NCBI RefSeq assembly: GCF_003334785.1
Contig: NZ_QOWV01000012.1
Source of the DNA: Escherichia coli
GTDB taxonomy: Bacteria > Pseudomonadota > Gammaproteobacteria > Enterobacterales > Enterobacteriaceae
DNA length: 64,000 nt
Reading direction: 5' to 3' (one strand)
The stretch's first letter is position 1; every line of letters starts with the position of its first letter. The translations under genes were made by a program, and so were the position numbers. This document shows positions 46,270 to 58,030 of the stretch, in pieces. The notes beneath the pieces were generated by a model. That model searched no databases, was not told where the DNA came from, and saw nothing but the letters and a program-made list of their open reading frames with translations.

Positions 46270-46522
46270 CGGGCGATCCTCACTAAACCGGGCCGTTTAG
46301 CCAACGTTTAAGCTTTTTGAGAAGCACAATGTAATGGCGTCGCCATATTGCTGCAATTCTAGTGTCAAAAAAATGCGATGTTGTTAGGAATTAGTTTATA
46401 AACAGACTTTTTTGATCGCGGTCGCTTCCCGTGTAACAGGGGGAAAACCGTCCAGGAGCAGGGAAAAGGGCAGGAGAGAGCCGCGTCAGCCGGGTAACAG
46501 CTAAAACGCGGCGTTTCGCGGT

Positions 46523-47020
46523 TCAGGAAATGAAGTTCAGCCCCTGCTTTAACACCAGATCGCAGGCTTTGGTTTTCACCTTTTCTGCCAGCGGAGTCGT
46601 TCCGATGTTATCCAGATTGAGTTGCTGACCATCTTTGGTTTTCAGCAAACCCTGAATGCCATCCAGATAGTTGGTGTCTTCTTTTTGTTCTTCACTGTTC
46701 AGGCCCAGCTTTTCCAGCACCTGGTTCTTGATGTTTTCGGCATCGGTTACCGACGCCAGCTTTTGCTTCGCGCAGTATTGCAGAATGCCTGCGGCGTTGT
46801 TCATGTTATCTGCGCTTAAGGCCTGGTTCCCGCTGCTAAGCAAGTTAGTTAATGACGCGAGCGACCAACCGCCTTCCTGTGTCGTGCTGTTTTGGTTGCC
46901 AAGTTCGCTGGCGGCGCTGGAGAGCGCATCTTTCCAGGACGCAGCATGCACCCCAGTGGAAATTAATGCGCTGGCGGCAATGGCACAGCACAGAAGATGT
47001 TTAACAGTTTTCATCATCAT
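46523..47020 (-). CDS. yjjA: DUF2501 secreted protein YjjA
   Basis: 165 aa with signal peptide (MMKTVKHLLCCAIAASALISTGVHA). Confidence 0.75.
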   Translation of the reverse strand: MMMKTVKHLLCCAIAASALISTGVHAASWKDALSSAASELGNQNSTTQEGGWSLASLTNLLSSGNQALSADNMNNAAGILQYCAKQKLASVTDAENIKNQVLEKLGLNSEEQKEDTNYLDGIQGLLKTKDGQQLNLDNIGTTPLAEKVKTKACDLVLKQGLNFIS

Positions 47021-47065
47021 TACTCAAGGTGGAATTGTGTCGCAGTATACCGCCAGAAACGGGGA

Positions 47066-47803
47066 TTAATACTCTTTACCTGTTACCCGGCTACGGTAGC
47101 TATCCCAGTTGAAGATCACCCACAAACTGTTACCCAGGCGCATACGGTCCATCACGCGTTCGCCCAGCAACTTGGTCATCTCTTCCATATTACTGTTGGT
47201 CAGCATCCCGGTTGGGCGTTTGGAAGAAGAGCGGCGATCGACGATCTGGTTGATGATCACTTTTTCGTATTTCGATTCGGTCTGCACGCCGATCTCATCG
47301 ATCACCAGCAGATCAACGTTGCTCAGATCGTTAAGCAGTTGTTCTTCGCTGGTACCGCTATTCCTGAAGGTATCTTTCATCGCCGACATAATATCGGCCA
47401 CGGTGATGATCAATACGGATTTACCGCGTAGCAGCAGCTCGTTGCAGATTGCCGCCGCCAGATGGTTTTTGCCGGTTCCTGGCTTACCAGAAAAGATGAA
47501 GCTGGCGATGTTGCCGTCAAACTCTTCGACATACTGGCGCGCTTTGCTTAACGCATTCATCTGCCCTTCACACTCAACGCGATAGTTCTCAAAGGAGCAG
47601 TTCTGATGCAGTGGACGAATACCGGAGCGGTTAAAGGTGCGCTGCATTTTCATCGCCCGATTTTCACGTTCGAGAGCGGCGGAGCGGATCGCCCCTTGTT
47701 CTTTCTGCCAGGCCAGTAGCTCTTCACCCGTTTTGAATGCAGGTTTGATATGGGCAGGCATCATTTTTTGCAGGCGTTGCATCAGGTCGCCAACGTTTTT
47801 CAT
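47066..47803 (-). CDS. dnaC: DNA replication helicase loader DnaC
   Basis: 245 aa, MKNVGDLMQRLQKMMPAHIKPAFKTGEELLAWQKEQ..., Walker A GKPGTGKNHLA. Confidence 0.95.
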   Translation of the reverse strand: MKNVGDLMQRLQKMMPAHIKPAFKTGEELLAWQKEQGAIRSAALERENRAMKMQRTFNRSGIRPLHQNCSFENYRVECEGQMNALSKARQYVEEFDGNIASFIFSGKPGTGKNHLAAAICNELLLRGKSVLIITVADIMSAMKDTFRNSGTSEEQLLNDLSNVDLLVIDEIGVQTESKYEKVIINQIVDRRSSSKRPTGMLTNSNMEEMTKLLGERVMDRMRLGNSLWVIFNWDSYRSRVTGKEY

Positions 47804-47805
47804 CG

Positions 47806-48345
47806 TTACCCTCTGAATCCTGGTGGAATTTGGCTGTCAGGTTCGCTGACCGTATTCACATCTCGTTTCGGCAGTCCGCCGTTGCTGGCACGACCGATTT
47901 GCAGGCTGCGCGCCAGTTTTTGTTGCCACTGCACATGGTGAAAGACTTTACCTTCCGCCTGCCAGTAGGCAATGAATGAGGCCAGTTCTTCGGTGGTCAC
48001 CGGCTCTCTTAGCGCCACGCCCCATAGCGCCGCCAGGCGGATAAAGTCGGCATCGGGTTGCCAGTCCGGATACATGGCGAATTTCCCCATGGGGACAGCA
48101 ACGGGAGCGGCTTGCGGTTCCTGATAGAGTTGATCGTCCAGAGCGACATCGCTTCCCGGACGCGCCAGCTTTTCTTCCAGCGCCAGCAGTTCAGCCAGGC
48201 GTGCAGGCGTGACGGCATAAAACGCCGGGGCATTGTTAGCAAATACGGCAACCACACCGCCTTCAGCTTTTGCCAGAACGGTTTGGTGATCGTGTACCAG
48301 GGCGTCAATACCAACGACGTCCGGGGTCAAAACTCTGGAAGACAT
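47806..48345 (-). CDS. dnaT: Primosomal protein DnaT
   Basis: ORF 47806-48357; ATG at 48345 gives 179 aa starting [30 protein letters not shown]; 2 nt upstream of dnaC. Confidence 0.9.
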
Positions 48346-48451
48346 ACTGTTTCTCAAATATGGAACGATGAACGAGAAGGGAGATAACTTTTATAGTAAC
48401 ACACGGAGGAGAGGAGGCTGTCTCTCATCCGTGTGCTTAAGCGAGGCAATT

Positions 48452-48925
48452 TTATACGCGAGGGCGCTTGCGGTACAACCATAATCCAGGAATGGAAAGA
48501 CCGATGGATAACGCACCAACAATCGATGAAGCTGTAAGAAAGTTGGTTAACAGGGTAATCATCAACGGTTCGCTGTAACCTAACTGGCTGATTTTTACCG
48601 CCGAAATCATTGCGGTATAAGCCGATATGCCCGGGAACATAGGGATAACGGCCGCCACGGTAAACACTTTCGGATGCGCCAGATACCAGCGCGACCATTG
48701 AATACCAATGGTGCCGACCAGCATAGAAGCCATAAAAGTTGACCACTCAATATTCAGCCCGCTGGTCATTAAGATCATTCGTGAACCATGGCCAATCGCG
48801 CCAAGCAGCGCACACCAGCGTAACGCCCGCACGGGAACGTTGAACACCATCGCAAAGCCGACCGCTGGAATGGCGGCGAGGATCATATCCTGCGCCAATG
48901 CAAACAGAAACTCGATCACACCCAT
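48452..48925 (-). CDS. yjjB: ThrE-family exporter small subunit YjjB
   Basis: ORF 48452-48940; ATG at 48925 gives 157 aa starting [31 protein letters not shown]. Confidence 0.8.
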   Translation of the reverse strand: MGVIEFLFALAQDMILAAIPAVGFAMVFNVPVRALRWCALLGAIGHGSRMILMTSGLNIEWSTFMASMLVGTIGIQWSRWYLAHPKVFTVAAVIPMFPGISAYTAMISAVKISQLGYSEPLMITLLTNFLTASSIVGALSIGLSIPGLWLYRKRPRV

Positions 48926-49686
48926 CCGCGTAGCCCCCAAATCGTCAGTGCCATCACTACGCCGACGCAGGTAGCCAGCGTCAGCAGACTGGCGATCGCC
49001 CAGCGTGCCAGTCCGGTATTGATGTGGCCTTTAAACATATCGGCGACGGCATTAATCAACGGAAAGCCCGGCACCAGCAGCAGAACGCTGGCGGCCATCG
49101 CAATGGTGGGTGTATCGCTGAAAGTGGGGAGTTGCAAAAGCAATCCGGAAATGGTGGTGGCGGCGAAAGCGGTAAGGCAAAAGTTGATCTGTGGATGAAG
49201 ATGACGTTGTGCCAGCAGCTGGCGGATATACATCGCGGTCGTACTGGCAAAGAAGGTGATGACGGCACCATCCCAGCCACCGTTATTGAGTTTACAGAAA
49301 CAGGCGCAAGAAAGGCCAACCATTAAGGCTACCAGCCATCTTGGGTAACGTAATGGCTGAATTTGGCTAAATCGTTTCTCTACGCCTTTGTAATCCAGCA
49401 GATGATGCTCCGCAAGAATCACAATGTGCTGGACTTCAGTCACCACATGCATATTAATGCCGCGATCGTGATTTTTTCGTGTCGATGTCAGGCATTGCCC
49501 ATCTTTAATAGTTGTCAGCACTATGGCGTTCGAAGAGATAGAACTTTCGACGCTGTCCATTCCCAACGCCCGACCCAGTCGTGAGGAAAGCTCATCAACC
49601 AACGCGCTTTCCGCACCATGTTGCAAAAGAAATAATCCACACTGGATACAAAGCCGCGTTACGGCTCGCTGTTGCTCAGTTTGCAT
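48916..49686 (-). CDS. yjjP: ThrE-family exporter large subunit YjjP (succinate exporter component)
   Basis: ORF 48916-49749; ATG at 49686 gives 256 aa starting [32 protein letters not shown]; 10-nt overlap with yjjB. Confidence 0.8.
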   Translation of the reverse strand: MQTEQQRAVTRLCIQCGLFLLQHGAESALVDELSSRLGRALGMDSVESSISSNAIVLTTIKDGQCLTSTRKNHDRGINMHVVTEVQHIVILAEHHLLDYKGVEKRFSQIQPLRYPRWLVALMVGLSCACFCKLNNGGWDGAVITFFASTTAMYIRQLLAQRHLHPQINFCLTAFAATTISGLLLQLPTFSDTPTIAMAASVLLLVPGFPLINAVADMFKGHINTGLARWAIASLLTLATCVGVVMALTIWGLRGWV

Positions 49687-50306
49687 AACTCGCCCTTTGT
49701 CATAGACGTGCTGCGTATTGTTCAGATAATGAGAATCCATTTGTATCATGAAGCACGGTTGTTTTGCGGTAGGTTAAGATCAAAATTGCGCTGATTAATC
49801 CTGGTTATCGGGACAAGCTCGGTGATAAAAAGCGAATTATCTCTCGCCGCAAACAAACTATCACATGAATATTATCACTATAATGAATTTATTGTTTTAG
49901 CCTTTACGGGTCAGGATAATAGATAGCTGGGCGCGTTTTTTAGTGTTAACAAGTTAAAATCATCAGATTTTATTGAATAAATATTGATTGTGTGATTCCC
50001 GCATTCTGCGGGAAGGGATATCATTTAATTATAAATTAAATGAATGTGATTTCTGTTTTTCATTAAGTATTCCTAACAACTTAATGTAGATATTTTAAAT
50101 GTCTCCAGGCTATTTCACCAGGTTATCATTTGATGCTAACCTTCTGACACATGCAGTGGAGTTGTTGTGCAGCAGGAGTATGCTGATATGAAAGTGAATG
50201 CTAAGGATAATTTATTCGCTTAATCTATTAATTTGCTGGAAACATTTAAGGAATGAATATCCTGAATAAACCATCATAATTTTTAGACAGTGGATGTGGA
50301 GGAAAT

Positions 50307-51032
50307 ATGTTGCCAGGATGCTGCAAAAATGGAATTGTTATCAGTAAAATACCTGTTATGCAAGCAGGGTTAAAAGAGGTCATGAGGACTCACTTCCCTG
50401 AATATGAAATAATATCCAGCGCCTCTGCGGAGGACCTTACCTTATTACAATTACGTCGTTCCGGATTAGTCATTGCTGATTTAGCCGGTGAAAGTGAAGA
50501 TCCACGTTCTGTTTGTGAACATTATTATTCTTTAATCTCACAATATCGGGAAATTCACTGGGTTTTCATGGTGTCACGCTCCTGGTATTCCCAGGCAGTA
50601 GAACTGCTCATGTGCCCTACGGCGACGTTATTGTCTGATGTTGAACCCATTGAGAATCTGGTCAAGACCGTACGTTCCGGCAATACGCACGCAGAGCGTA
50701 TCAGCGCCATGCTGACCTCTCCGGCAATGACTGAAACTCATGATTTTAGCTATCGCTCCGTCATTCTCACTCTTTCAGAGCGCAAGGTACTGCGGCTATT
50801 AGGTAAAGGATGGGGCATCAACCAGATAGCTTCATTGCTTAAGAAAAGTAATAAAACTATCAGCGCCCAAAAAAACAGTGCGATGCGTCGACTGGCAATT
50901 CACAGCAACGCTGAAATGTATGCATGGATAAATAGCGCGCAGGGTGCAAGAGAACTTAACTTGCCTTCTGTTTATGGAGATGCCGCAGAATGGAACACAG
51001 CCGAATTAAGAAGAGAAATGTCGCACTCATAG
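50307..51032 (+). CDS. yjjQ: LuxR/FixJ-family transcriptional regulator YjjQ
   Basis: 241 aa with C-terminal LuxR-type HTH; AT-rich H-NS-type upstream region. Confidence 0.8.
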
Positions 51033-51667
51033 AAAAATGCGTCATGAGTAGTATCGGTATTGAGAGTTTATTCAGAAAGTTTGCGGGCAACCCTTATAAG
51101 CTCCATACCTATACCAGTCAGGAGTCATTTCAGGATGCCATGTCGCGGATCTCGTTTGCGGCGGTCATTTTTTCTTTTTCTGCCATGAGAAGTGAGCGCA
51201 GAGAGGGATTATCTTGCCTGACTGAACTGGCGATTAAGTTTCCGCGTACCCGGCGTTTAGTTATTGCGGATGATGATATTGAAGCTCGGCTGATTGGTTC
51301 ATTGTCGCCATCACCGCTGGACGGTGTATTAAGTAAAGCGTCAACGCTGGAGATTTTTCATCAGGAACTCTTTTTGTCATTAAATGGTGTACGTCAGGCG
51401 ACCGACCGACTGAACAATCAGTGGTACATTAACCAAAGCCGGACGCTAAGCCCGACGGAGAGAGAAATATTGCGCTTTATGTCGCGTGGCTACTCAATGA
51501 CACAAATTGCCGAGCAGCTTAAACGCAATATCAAAACGATCCGCGCGCATAAATTTAATGTGATGTCGAAACTGGGCGTCAGTTCTGATGCAGGATTGTT
51601 GGAGGCCGCAGATATTCTGTTATGTATGCGGCATTGCGAAGCAAGTAATGTGTTGCATCCCTATTAA
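50990..51667 (+). CDS. bglJ: LuxR-family transcriptional activator BglJ (RcsB partner)
   Basis: 225 aa with C-terminal LuxR HTH ([45 protein letters not shown]); 43-nt overlap with yjjQ. Confidence 0.85.
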
Positions 51668-51704
51668 TCCGCATGATGCCGGGTTTACTTCCCCGGCAGT
51701 GCTT

Positions 51705-52493
51705 TCATTTCAGCGTACAATCGCCACATTGCTGCACATCCGGTAAGCGATAACGCTGGCAGCAAGTGCGGCGCACCAGCAGGCCGTCGCGCAGTACCAC
51801 GGTACGCCAGAGTGGATTATCTTCACCGTTCGTGAGCGTTTTCTCAAAAAAGATGGCATGGCGCAGCGATTCAACCGTCGCCTCGCCGAGCAGTTGCTTC
51901 ATCTCAGTGAGATACCAGTTGATCAAATAACCGGTATTACTCCAGATAAGTTTGCCGTTGATCTCTCCGGTCGCTTCTAGTGCCTGCACAACCGGAACCA
52001 GCGCCTGGCTGATTAACGTTTCCATTCGCTGCTGCGGCGAATGTGGTGTTGCGTTTTTATCGTCACACACATCGACCCAGAAACAGGCGGCACGGCCGGT
52101 TTCGTGAAACTCAGCATGGAAATGTTCCGGCGACACATCTAATGCTTTTTCCTGCGTCAGTAGCGCCAGCATTAATGGTGGCACCATCAGGCCGATATAC
52201 CATTGTGCCCATAGTGAGATCAGCGGTTTGTTCTCGCGGATCATCGTTGGTTGGTTGCGATAGATATGATCGGAATAGACCGCGAGTAGAGAACTTAGCG
52301 CATTCGGTGATGACCATTGCGCCAGCGTCATGGCGTTAAGCGGAGCGGGTTCATCCAGGCGGATAAACTCCAGCAAATGTTCACGATGTTCGGCGATCGT
52401 CGCACGTACGGCTTGTGCAAGCCCAGCATCCTGTGGCTGGAGATGCGTTCGCCAGATGATATCTTCATAGAGCGGTGCGGAACGATAGGCCAT
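51705..52493 (-). CDS. fhuF: Ferric-siderophore reductase FhuF (2Fe-2S)
   Basis: 262 aa with C-terminal C-C-x10-C-x2-C cluster motif (CCQRYRLPDVQQCGDC). Confidence 0.9.
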   Translation of the reverse strand: MAYRSAPLYEDIIWRTHLQPQDAGLAQAVRATIAEHREHLLEFIRLDEPAPLNAMTLAQWSSPNALSSLLAVYSDHIYRNQPTMIRENKPLISLWAQWYIGLMVPPLMLALLTQEKALDVSPEHFHAEFHETGRAACFWVDVCDDKNATPHSPQQRMETLISQALVPVVQALEATGEINGKLIWSNTGYLINWYLTEMKQLLGEATVESLRHAIFFEKTLTNGEDNPLWRTVVLRDGLLVRRTCCQRYRLPDVQQCGDCTLK

Positions 52494-52494
52494 A

Positions 52495-52633
52495 ATCGTG
52501 ATAGTAATCTAAATGATAATGATTGCTAATCCTAGCGATAGGTTTACCCGATAGCAAGGGATTTCTCTGGCTTGCAAATGATAAAAATTATCATATGATA
52601 TTGGTTATCATTATCAATGAAAGAGATGAAACC
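52495..52633. promoter_or_regulatory. fhuF-yjjZ divergent promoter region with multiple Fur boxes
   Basis: aaatgataatgattgctaatc and gcaaatgataaaaattatcat / gttatcattatcaat match the Fur consensus GATAATGATAATCATTATC. Confidence 0.55.
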
Positions 52634-52870
52634 ATGTTGCAACGTACGCTGGGCAGTGGCTGGGGAGTGTTGCTGCCGGGATTGCTGATTGCAGGGCTGA
52701 TGTATGCGGATTTATCGCCGGATCAGTGGCGGATTGTCATTCTGATGGGATTAGTATTGACGCCGGTGATGCTGTATCACAAACAGTTACGGCATTACGT
52801 TTTGCTACCATCGTGCCTGGCGCTTATTGCTGCCATCATGCTGATGATAATGAATTTGAATCAGGGATGA
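52634..52870 (+). CDS. yjjZ: Small inner-membrane protein YjjZ (78 aa), Fur-regulated
   Basis: ORF 52523-52870; ATG at 52634 gives 78 aa starting MLQRTLGSGWGVLLPGLLIAGLMYADLSPDQWRIV. Confidence 0.7.
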   Translation: MLQRTLGSGWGVLLPGLLIAGLMYADLSPDQWRIVILMGLVLTPVMLYHKQLRHYVLLPSCLALIAAIMLMIMNLNQG

Positions 52871-52908
52871 AAAATCAAGGAAGAAACAAGAAAGGAAGTA
52901 AAGATAAT

Positions 52909-52995
52909 TGGTGCGAGGGGGGGGACTTGAACCCCCACGTCCGTAAGGACACTAACACCTGAAGCTAGCGCGTCTACCAATTCCGCCACCTTCGC
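52909..52995 (-). tRNA. leuV: tRNA-Leu (anticodon CAG), single copy
   Basis: Minus strand reads GCGAAGGTGGCGGAATTGGTAGACGCGCTAGCTTCAGGTGTTAGTGTCCTTACGGACGTGGGGGTTCAAGTCCCCCCCCTCGCACCA, 87 nt with encoded CCA; cloverleaf and long variable arm typical of tRNA-Leu. Confidence 0.9.
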
Positions 52996-53029
52996 ATACC
53001 ATCAATTCTTAAAAAGAATTGCTACCACG

Positions 53030-53070
53030 GAGGCGCATTCTAGTGGTTTTCAGCTTTTCGTCAATAGTTA
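53030..53070 (-). promoter_or_regulatory. Sigma-70 promoter for the tRNA-Leu gene
   Basis: Minus strand: TTGACG -35, 16-17 bp spacer, TAGAAT -10, followed by a GC-rich discriminator (gcgcctcc) typical of stringently controlled stable-RNA promoters. Confidence 0.45.
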
Positions 53071-53114
53071 ATTATCGCCGGAGGTGTAATTGCTGAAAAA
53101 ATGTCCATCAGGAA

Positions 53115-53292
<178 letters not shown>

Positions 53293-53303
53293 CGGCGAGA
53301 TAA

Positions 53304-54335
53304 TTAACCTTTCTTCGCCTGGCGGGTCATAATGGCGCGATACACCTTGAAACGCCCGGTTTGCGCAATCACTTCATGGAAGCCAAATGTCTCATCCAGC
53401 ACGTCCGGGTAAGGCAGGAAGGCGTTCGCTACAATTCGCAGCTCGCCGCCGCTATTAAGATGACGCACCGCGCCGCGAATCAGCGTTTGCGCCGCATCCA
53501 GGCTGGTTTGCATCCCATCGTGGAACGGCGGGTTGGAGATGATCATATCAAAACGACCTTTCACCTCGGAAAAGACGTTGCTGGCAAAGACTTCACCTTC
53601 AACACCGTTGGCCGCAAGTGTTGCGCGGCTGGCTTCTACCGCTGGCGCAGAGACATCGCACAAGGTGAGACGAATTTTCGGCGAATGGCGCGCAAAGGCA
53701 ACTGAAAGCACACCCGCGCCACAGCCGACATCCAGCACTTTACCTTTCGTGTGCGGGGTTAACGTCGAGAGCAGCAACTGGCTACCGACATCCAGACCGT
53801 CGCGGCTAAACACGCCAGGCAGCGTTTTGACCGTCAGGCCATCGACGCTGTATTCGCCCCAGAATTTATCGGCATCAAATACCGGCTGTTTTTCCAGACG
53901 ACCAAAATAGAGGCCACAGCGACGAGCGCTGTCGACTTTATTCAACGGCGCATAATCTGCCAGCATCTGCTCGGCGCTGCGCACGCCGCTGCGGTTCTCG
54001 CCAACGACAAAAATATCTGTCCCCACTGGCAGCAGAGAAAGTAAATTCATCAACTGGAACTGGGCTTCCGGTTTGTTCTTCGGCCAGTAGTAAATCAGCG
54101 TATCGCAATCTGCGACGTCATCCACCGTGGCGACCAGACTGAAACGGGCGTTATCCCCCATCTGGCGGCTTAATACCTGCCAGTGGTGGAATTGCTGGGT
54201 ATGAGCACGGCTGGCCGCGGTATCTAAACGCGCGGGCAGGTCATCCTGTAAGTCTCCGGCAAACAGAATACGGCTTTGTTCGAAATCATCACTGTGACGC
54301 AGCAAGACTTCACTTGCCGGGGTAAATGCAGACAT
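53304..54335 (-). CDS. rsmC: 16S rRNA m2G1207 methyltransferase RsmC
   Basis: 343 aa, [38 protein letters not shown]; SAM-binding motif [12 protein letters not shown]. Confidence 0.9.
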   Translation of the reverse strand: MSAFTPASEVLLRHSDDFEQSRILFAGDLQDDLPARLDTAASRAHTQQFHHWQVLSRQMGDNARFSLVATVDDVADCDTLIYYWPKNKPEAQFQLMNLLSLLPVGTDIFVVGENRSGVRSAEQMLADYAPLNKVDSARRCGLYFGRLEKQPVFDADKFWGEYSVDGLTVKTLPGVFSRDGLDVGSQLLLSTLTPHTKGKVLDVGCGAGVLSVAFARHSPKIRLTLCDVSAPAVEASRATLAANGVEGEVFASNVFSEVKGRFDMIISNPPFHDGMQTSLDAAQTLIRGAVRHLNSGGELRIVANAFLPYPDVLDETFGFHEVIAQTGRFKVYRAIMTRQAKKG

Positions 54336-54437
54336 GGAATGCTCCTCAATTGATACTGGCGGCGATTATAGCCATATGTTGGCGCGGTATCGACGAATTT
54401 GCTATATTTGCGCCCCTGACAACAGGAGCGATTCGCT

Positions 54438-54851
54438 ATGACATCCCGACGAGACTGGCAGTTACAGCAACTGGGCATTACCCAGTGGTCGCTGCGTCGC
54501 CCTGGCGCGTTGCAGGGGGAGATTGCCATTGCGATCCCGGCACACGTCCGTCTGGTGATGGTGGCAAACGATCTTCCCGCCCTGACCGATCCTTTAGTGA
54601 GCGATGTTCTGCGCGCATTAACCGTCAGCCCCGATCAAGTGCTGCAACTGACGCCAGAAAAAATCGCGATGCTGCCGCAAGGCAGTCGCTGCAACAGCTG
54701 GCGGTTGGGTACTGACGAACCGCTATCACTGGAAGGCGCTCAGGTGGCATCACCGGCGCTCACCGAATTACGGGCAAACCCAACGGCACGCGCCGCGTTA
54801 TGGCAACAAATTTGCACATATGAACACGATTTCTTCCCTCGAAACGACTGA
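54438..54851 (+). CDS. holD: DNA polymerase III psi subunit
   Basis: 137 aa, MTSRRDWQLQQLGITQWSLRRPGALQGEIAIAIPAHVRLVMVANDLP. Confidence 0.9.
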   Translation: MTSRRDWQLQQLGITQWSLRRPGALQGEIAIAIPAHVRLVMVANDLPALTDPLVSDVLRALTVSPDQVLQLTPEKIAMLPQGSRCNSWRLGTDEPLSLEGAQVASPALTELRANPTARAALWQQICTYEHDFFPRND

Positions 54852-55266
54852 TTTACCGGCGGCTTACCACATTGAACAACGCGCCCACGCCTTTCCGTGG
54901 AGTGAAAAAACCTTTGCCAGCAACCAGGGCGAGCGTTATCTCAACTTTCAGTTAACGCAAAACGGCAAAATGGCGGCGTTTGCGATTACGCAAGTGGTGC
55001 TGGATGAAGCTACATTGTTCAATATTGCGGTCGATCCTGACTATCAGCGTCAGGGATTGGGAAGGGTGCTGCTGGAACATCTGATCGACGAACTGGAAAA
55101 ACGCGGCGTGGCGACACTATGGCTGGAAGTCCGTGCCTCAAATGCTGCCGCCATTGCCCTGTACGAAAGTTTAGGCTTTAACGAGGCGACGATTCGCCGC
55201 AATTACTACCCCACCACGGACGGTCGCGAAGACGCCATCATCATGGCGTTGCCAATCAGTATGTAA
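54820..55266 (+). CDS. rimI: Ribosomal protein S18 alanine N-acetyltransferase RimI
   Basis: 148-aa GNAT acetyltransferase, [36 protein letters not shown]; overlaps the holD 3' end. Confidence 0.9.
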   Translation: MNTISSLETTDLPAAYHIEQRAHAFPWSEKTFASNQGERYLNFQLTQNGKMAAFAITQVVLDEATLFNIAVDPDYQRQGLGRVLLEHLIDELEKRGVATLWLEVRASNAAAIALYESLGFNEATIRRNYYPTTDGREDAIIMALPISM

Positions 55267-55280
55267 GACAAGGTGGAATA

Positions 55281-55958
55281 ATGAAGTGGGACTGGATTTT
55301 CTTTGATGCCGATGAAACGCTGTTTACCTTTGACTCATTCACCGGCCTGCAGCGGATGTTTCTTGATTACAGCGTCACCTTTACCGCTGAAGATTTTCAG
55401 GACTATCAGGCCGTTAACAAGCCACTGTGGGTGGATTATCAAAACGGCGCGATCACTTCATTACAGCTTCAGCACGGGCGTTTTGAGAGCTGGGCCGAAC
55501 GGCTGAAAGTTGAAGCAGGCTTGCTTAACGATGCCTTTATTAATGCGATGGCGGAAATCTGCACGCCGCTGCCGGGCGCGGTTTCTCTGCTTAACGCCAT
55601 TCGTGGCAACGCCAAAATCGGCATCATCACCAACGGCTTTAGCGCCTTGCAGCAAGTGCGTCTGGAACGCACGGGCCTGCGTGATTACTTCGATTTGCTG
55701 GTGATTTCCGAAGAAGTTGGCGTTGCCAAACCGAATAAGAAAATTTTCGATTATGCGCTGGAACAGGCGGGCAATCCTGACCGTTCACGCGTGCTGATGG
55801 TTGGCGACACTGCCGAGTCCGATATTCTCGGTGGCATCAACGCCGGGCTTGCGACCTGCTGGCTGAATGCGCACCATCGCGAGCAACCAGAAGGCATCGC
55901 GCCCACCTGGACCGTTTCTTCGTTGCACGAACTGGAGCAGCTCCTGTGTAAACACTGA
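55281..55958 (+). CDS. yjjG: HAD-family pyrimidine 5'-nucleotidase YjjG
   Basis: 225 aa with the HAD motif I DxDxT at the N-terminus ([10 protein letters not shown]). Confidence 0.9.
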   Translation: MKWDWIFFDADETLFTFDSFTGLQRMFLDYSVTFTAEDFQDYQAVNKPLWVDYQNGAITSLQLQHGRFESWAERLKVEAGLLNDAFINAMAEICTPLPGAVSLLNAIRGNAKIGIITNGFSALQQVRLERTGLRDYFDLLVISEEVGVAKPNKKIFDYALEQAGNPDRSRVLMVGDTAESDILGGINAGLATCWLNAHHREQPEGIAPTWTVSSLHELEQLLCKH

Positions 55959-56048
55959 TTGCCTCCCCCCCGTTGATGGGTAAAATAGCCGCAATTTTTC
56001 GTTTTCAACAAGCGCGGCGCGATGCCGCTTACTCAAGAAGAAAGAATT

Positions 56049-57638
56049 ATGACGTTGTCTCCTTATTTGCAAGAGGTGGCGAAGCGCCGCACTTTTGCCA
56101 TTATTTCTCACCCGGATGCCGGTAAGACTACCATCACCGAGAAGGTGCTGCTGTTCGGACAGGCCATTCAGACCGCCGGTACAGTAAAAGGCCGTGGTTC
56201 CAACCAGCACGCTAAGTCGGACTGGATGGAGATGGAAAAGCAGCGTGGGATCTCCATTACTACGTCTGTGATGCAGTTTCCGTATCACGATTGCCTGGTT
56301 AACCTGCTCGACACCCCGGGGCACGAAGACTTCTCGGAAGATACCTATCGTACCCTGACGGCGGTGGACTGCTGCCTGATGGTTATCGACGCTGCAAAAG
56401 GTGTTGAAGATCGTACCCGTAAGCTGATGGAAGTTACCCGTCTGCGCGACACGCCGATCCTCACCTTTATGAACAAACTTGACCGTGATATCCGCGACCC
56501 GATGGAACTGCTCGATGAAGTTGAGAACGAGCTGAAAATCGGCTGCGCACCGATCACCTGGCCGATCGGCTGCGGCAAGCTGTTTAAAGGCGTTTACCAC
56601 CTTTATAAAGACGAAACCTATCTCTATCAGAGCGGTAAAGGCCACACCATTCAGGAAGTCCGCATTGTTAAAGGGCTGAATAACCCGGATCTCGATGCAG
56701 CGGTCGGTGAAGATCTGGCACAGCAGCTGCGTGACGAACTGGAACTGGTGAAAGGCGCGTCTAATGAGTTCGACAAAGAGCTGTTCCTTGCGGGCGAAAT
56801 CACTCCGGTATTCTTCGGTACTGCGCTGGGTAACTTCGGTGTCGATCATATGCTGGATGGCCTGGTGGAGTGGGCTCCTGCGCCGATGCCGCGTCAGACT
56901 GATACCCGTACCGTAGAGGCGAGCGAAGACAAATTTACCGGCTTCGTATTTAAAATTCAGGCCAACATGGACCCGAAACACCGCGACCGCGTGGCGTTTA
57001 TGCGCGTGGTATCCGGTAAATATGAAAAAGGCATGAAGCTGCGCCAGGTGCGCACTGCGAAAGATGTGGTGATCTCCGACGCGCTGACCTTTATGGCAGG
57101 TGACCGTTCGCACGTTGAAGAAGCATATCCGGGCGATATCCTCGGCCTGCACAACCACGGCACCATTCAGATTGGCGACACCTTTACCCAGGGTGAGATG
57201 ATGAAGTTCACCGGTATTCCGAACTTCGCGCCAGAACTGTTCCGTCGCATCCGCCTGAAAGATCCGCTGAAGCAAAAACAGCTGCTCAAAGGGCTGGTAC
57301 AGCTTTCCGAAGAGGGCGCGGTGCAGGTGTTCCGTCCAATCTCCAACAACGATCTGATCGTTGGTGCGGTTGGTGTGCTGCAGTTTGATGTGGTGGTATC
57401 GCGCCTGAAGAGCGAATACAACGTTGAAGCAGTATATGAATCAGTCAACGTTGCCACCGCCCGCTGGGTAGAATGTGCAGACGCGAAGAAATTCGAAGAG
57501 TTCAAGCGTAAGAACGAAAGCCAACTGGCGCTTGATGGCGGCGATAACCTCGCTTACATCGCTACCAGCATGGTCAACCTGCGCCTGGCGCAGGAACGTT
57601 ATCCGGACGTTCAGTTCCACCAGACCCGCGAGCATTAA
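56049..57638 (+). CDS. prfC: Peptide chain release factor 3 (RF3, translational GTPase)
   Basis: ORF 56022-57638; ATG at 56049 gives 529 aa starting [37 protein letters not shown] (G1 motif), DTPGH G3 motif. Confidence 0.95.
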
Positions 57639-58030
57639 TTCTTGCCTCCAGGGCGCGGTAGCCGCTGCGCCCTGTCAATTTCCCTTCCTTATTAGCCGCT
57701 TACGGAATGTTCTTAAAACATTCACTTTTGCTTATGTTTTCGATGATATCCCGAGCGGTTTCAAAATTGTGATCTATATTTAACAAAGTAATGACATTTC
57801 TGACGGCGTTAAATACCGTTCAATGCGTAGATATCAGTATCTAAAGCCGTAGATTGTCATTCTACCGATATTAATAACTGATTCAGAGGCTGTAATGGTC
57901 GTTATTCATCACCCATCGCTTTTGTGATGGCGACCATTGACTTCTGTAGAGGGTGAAGTCTCTCCCTATTCAGCAATGCAACCTCGTGTTGCCAGGCTCA
58001 AATTACGAGCAAACTTACAGGAATAAATCG

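Noticed and set aside
55785-57275. 496-aa minus-strand ORF
   Set aside because: Antisense to yjjG and prfC, both of which are confidently identified on the plus strand.
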